9,301 nucleotides of DNA from Paraphysomonas bandaiensis (lineage: Eukaryota; Protista; Chrysophyceae), in NCBI GenBank assembly GCA_965644295.1, contig CBFFRP010000300.1, positions 1-9,301 on the forward strand, in the 5' to 3' direction. The notes under the pieces are model-generated. The model had not been told where the DNA came from and made no database searches. It saw only the letters and a program-made list of their open reading frames with translations. The position numbers and the translations under genes are program-made. Below are positions 7,890 through 9,301 of the stretch, piece after piece (within the stretch, counting starts at the first letter, position 1; each line of letters begins with the position of its first letter).

Positions 7890-8410
7890 AGAGCAGTGGG
7901 ATACATTAACCACTACTGAGACTCTATATTCGACTTACTACTGCAGACAAAGTGTTTGGAGAGGTGAGAGGGTGTGGGAGGGTCACGTATCATCTCTGTG
8001 GCTTGGATTCTGTGCCGGTCAGTATTTGTCCATAGGGAGGAGGGGTCCATACAGTGCACATCAGGTCATACATTCACCAGAAATTTGAAATGCGCCAAAA
8101 TAATATGCCATATCGATGGATGGAGGGCATTGATATGGCATATCCACCAATTTGATTAGATTTAAGTGCACCGCTGCCGTCCGTAGAAATTATGTGGATA
8201 TGCTACCTTGTCACCATCCGAGTCAGCTTATCAGTGTCGGAACCGACTTATCGAATGGAAGATAAGCGATCTTTATTGGTAGAAAGAGATTTGGCACTTT
8301 ATGGGCTTCCTTGTGCGCTGTACAATGATTAATGTTGCAAATACCCTTGACTAGCTTGTTGGTTGCAGGCACCCCATGTTAGGGTGCTGTAGGGTCACAG
8401 CAAGCAGTGT
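7890..8410 (-). mobile_element. Decayed Ty1/copia pol fragment: GAG-pre-integrase/zinc-binding region plus DDE integrase core
   Basis: Minus strand, in order across frameshifts: LL*/LQHPNMGCL (His 8386-8384; cf. LWHxRLGHP), NKLVKGI (8360-8340), CTAHKEA (8324; cf. CxxCxxxK), LPFDK/VGSD (Asp 8238-8236; cf. PxExxHSD), IHIISTDGSGALKS (Asp 8181-8179; cf. IxxxRTDxGGExxS), YGI, TPPPYGQILTGTE (Glu 8010-8008; cf. PYTPQxNGxAE), TEMIR (Glu 7996) and SHLSKHF (7969-7949; cf. SxLPxxFW). The element has internal deletions, insertions and stops. It may extend to about 8630 (protease region, weak). Confidence 0.68.
8103..8143. repeat. 16-bp inverted repeat (hairpin), 9-nt loop
   Basis: ATATGCCATATCGATG (8103-8118) pairs with CATTGATATGGCATAT (8128-8143): 15 Watson-Crick pairs and 1 G.T pair. 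Confidence 0.9.
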
Positions 8411-8629
8411 TCACTCATGTCATATATGTAGGATACCTAATATATTGCACTCATTCAGCTTTATTGGGGTCTTGTTACATCTACAATGCCATTGTTGCCA
8501 TACTTGTCGATTTAAATGGGCTTTACGGCGAGTGCAGCTGATGATTGTTGAAAGTCTATACATGTCTAGTCTTTGTTGGCTATTCTCAAGACTTTGTCCC
8601 GAACTATCTCTCCACGCGACTTCTGTGAA

Positions 8630-9060
8630 TCTGTATGTTTTATGTCTATACATATATATTACCTTTGTATGTACTTTATATGCACATGTGTGTACTACGT
8701 TTCCCTTATGTTTACTAGGTTTATATGGGTGTATGAGGTTTATTATATATATTACCTACAATGCTTCATATAAGCGTCAGTGTTCGAATATATGTACTCT
8801 TGACTTATGTATGAGAATATGTTATCTGTGTGTTTTTGTATGCATATATATACGAGCGTTCTGAATGTATGTGTATCTGTGTGTTGTCATGTAGATATTT
8901 ATAATAATAATATGATATCGTTATAGTCGATGTGAACTTGCTTGTATAAGTACTAGTCATAGTAAAGTAGCTATATATATATGTAGATCTTAAATACAAC
9001 GATTGGCAGTATGTGTTTACAAGAAGTATAGGTATAAGGTATAAGTTTGCTTATCACACA
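8630..9060. repeat. TA/TG-rich degenerate microsatellite-like tract
   Basis: Recurrent tatg/tgta/tata units (catatatatt, tatgtactttatatg, tgtatgtgtatctgtgtgt, ctatatatatatgt). Confidence 0.7.
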
Positions 9061-9301
9061 AGTGTCTAAATCTAAACTACGAAGGAGTACAGTAGCTGAT
9101 TTATATTGACAGAAGTAGTGTACTATTCCAAGTTATATGTGGGCTAGCATCGAGGTATTTGCTGGAATAATTACATGCATAACAAGACAGTATACTATCA
9201 AACCACACATATACCGGCATGAATTTATAAGCAAATATTAGAATATTAGTCAAGTGGTTATCTAGTTTCAAAATAGCAATACGTGACTGAACGAAGCACA
9301 T

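Noticed and set aside
8140-8202. IISTDGSG read as an RNase H or DIRS motif
   Set aside because: The flanking motifs (LQHPN, LVKGI, PFDK/VGSD, PPY...G.E, EMIR, SHLSKHF) fit copia integrase better.
8350-8408. Imperfect hairpin GCTTGTTG...GCACCC-catgtta-GGGTGC...CAGCAAGC
   Set aside because: It needs several bulges and G.T pairs, lies in decayed coding sequence, and is plausible by chance.
8530-8580. CTGATGA...GAAA resembling a hammerhead ribozyme core
   Set aside because: The intervening TTGTT cannot form stem II, and no convincing stem I or III pairing exists around a UH site.
8376-8864. 162-aa Cys-rich plus-strand ORF
   Set aside because: The C/Y/I/V richness comes from the TG/TA low-complexity tract. 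There is no ordered zinc-finger or other pattern, and its start is antisense to the copia relic.
1-9301. Prokaryotic systems (CRISPR array, operon, tRNA/rRNA) or a non-standard genetic code
   Set aside because: No regularly spaced repeat-spacer array or RNA-gene signature was seen. Spliceosomal introns explain the fragmented ORFs, and both genes translate cleanly with the standard code (stops TGA and TAA).

Overview
This is eukaryotic (probably protist) genomic DNA with short GT-AG introns. Two intact host genes sit head-to-head across a 277-bp spacer. On the minus strand is a 7-exon gene, join(5145-4489, 4386-4219, 4096-3935, 3798-3394, 3321-1274, 1223-1166, 1101-874), encoding a 1241-aa, almost entirely coiled-coil protein. 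On the plus strand is an intronless papain-family (C1A, cathepsin L-like) cysteine protease preproenzyme at 5423-6550, with two unusual Cys-bearing loop insertions. Both flanks contain heavily decayed Ty1/copia-like pol fragments that the ORF track misses. These are a zinc-binding/integrase part at about 7890-8400 and an RT C-terminus/RNase H part at about 60-600. Both are on the minus strand and in canonical copia order (INT then RT-RH), so the gene pair lies between what could be two halves of one old element. There is also a solo TIR-like repeat block at about 7599-7682, a 16-bp hairpin at 8103-8143, and CA-rich and TG/TA-rich low-complexity tracts. All motif calls were made by eye and none was checked by database search.
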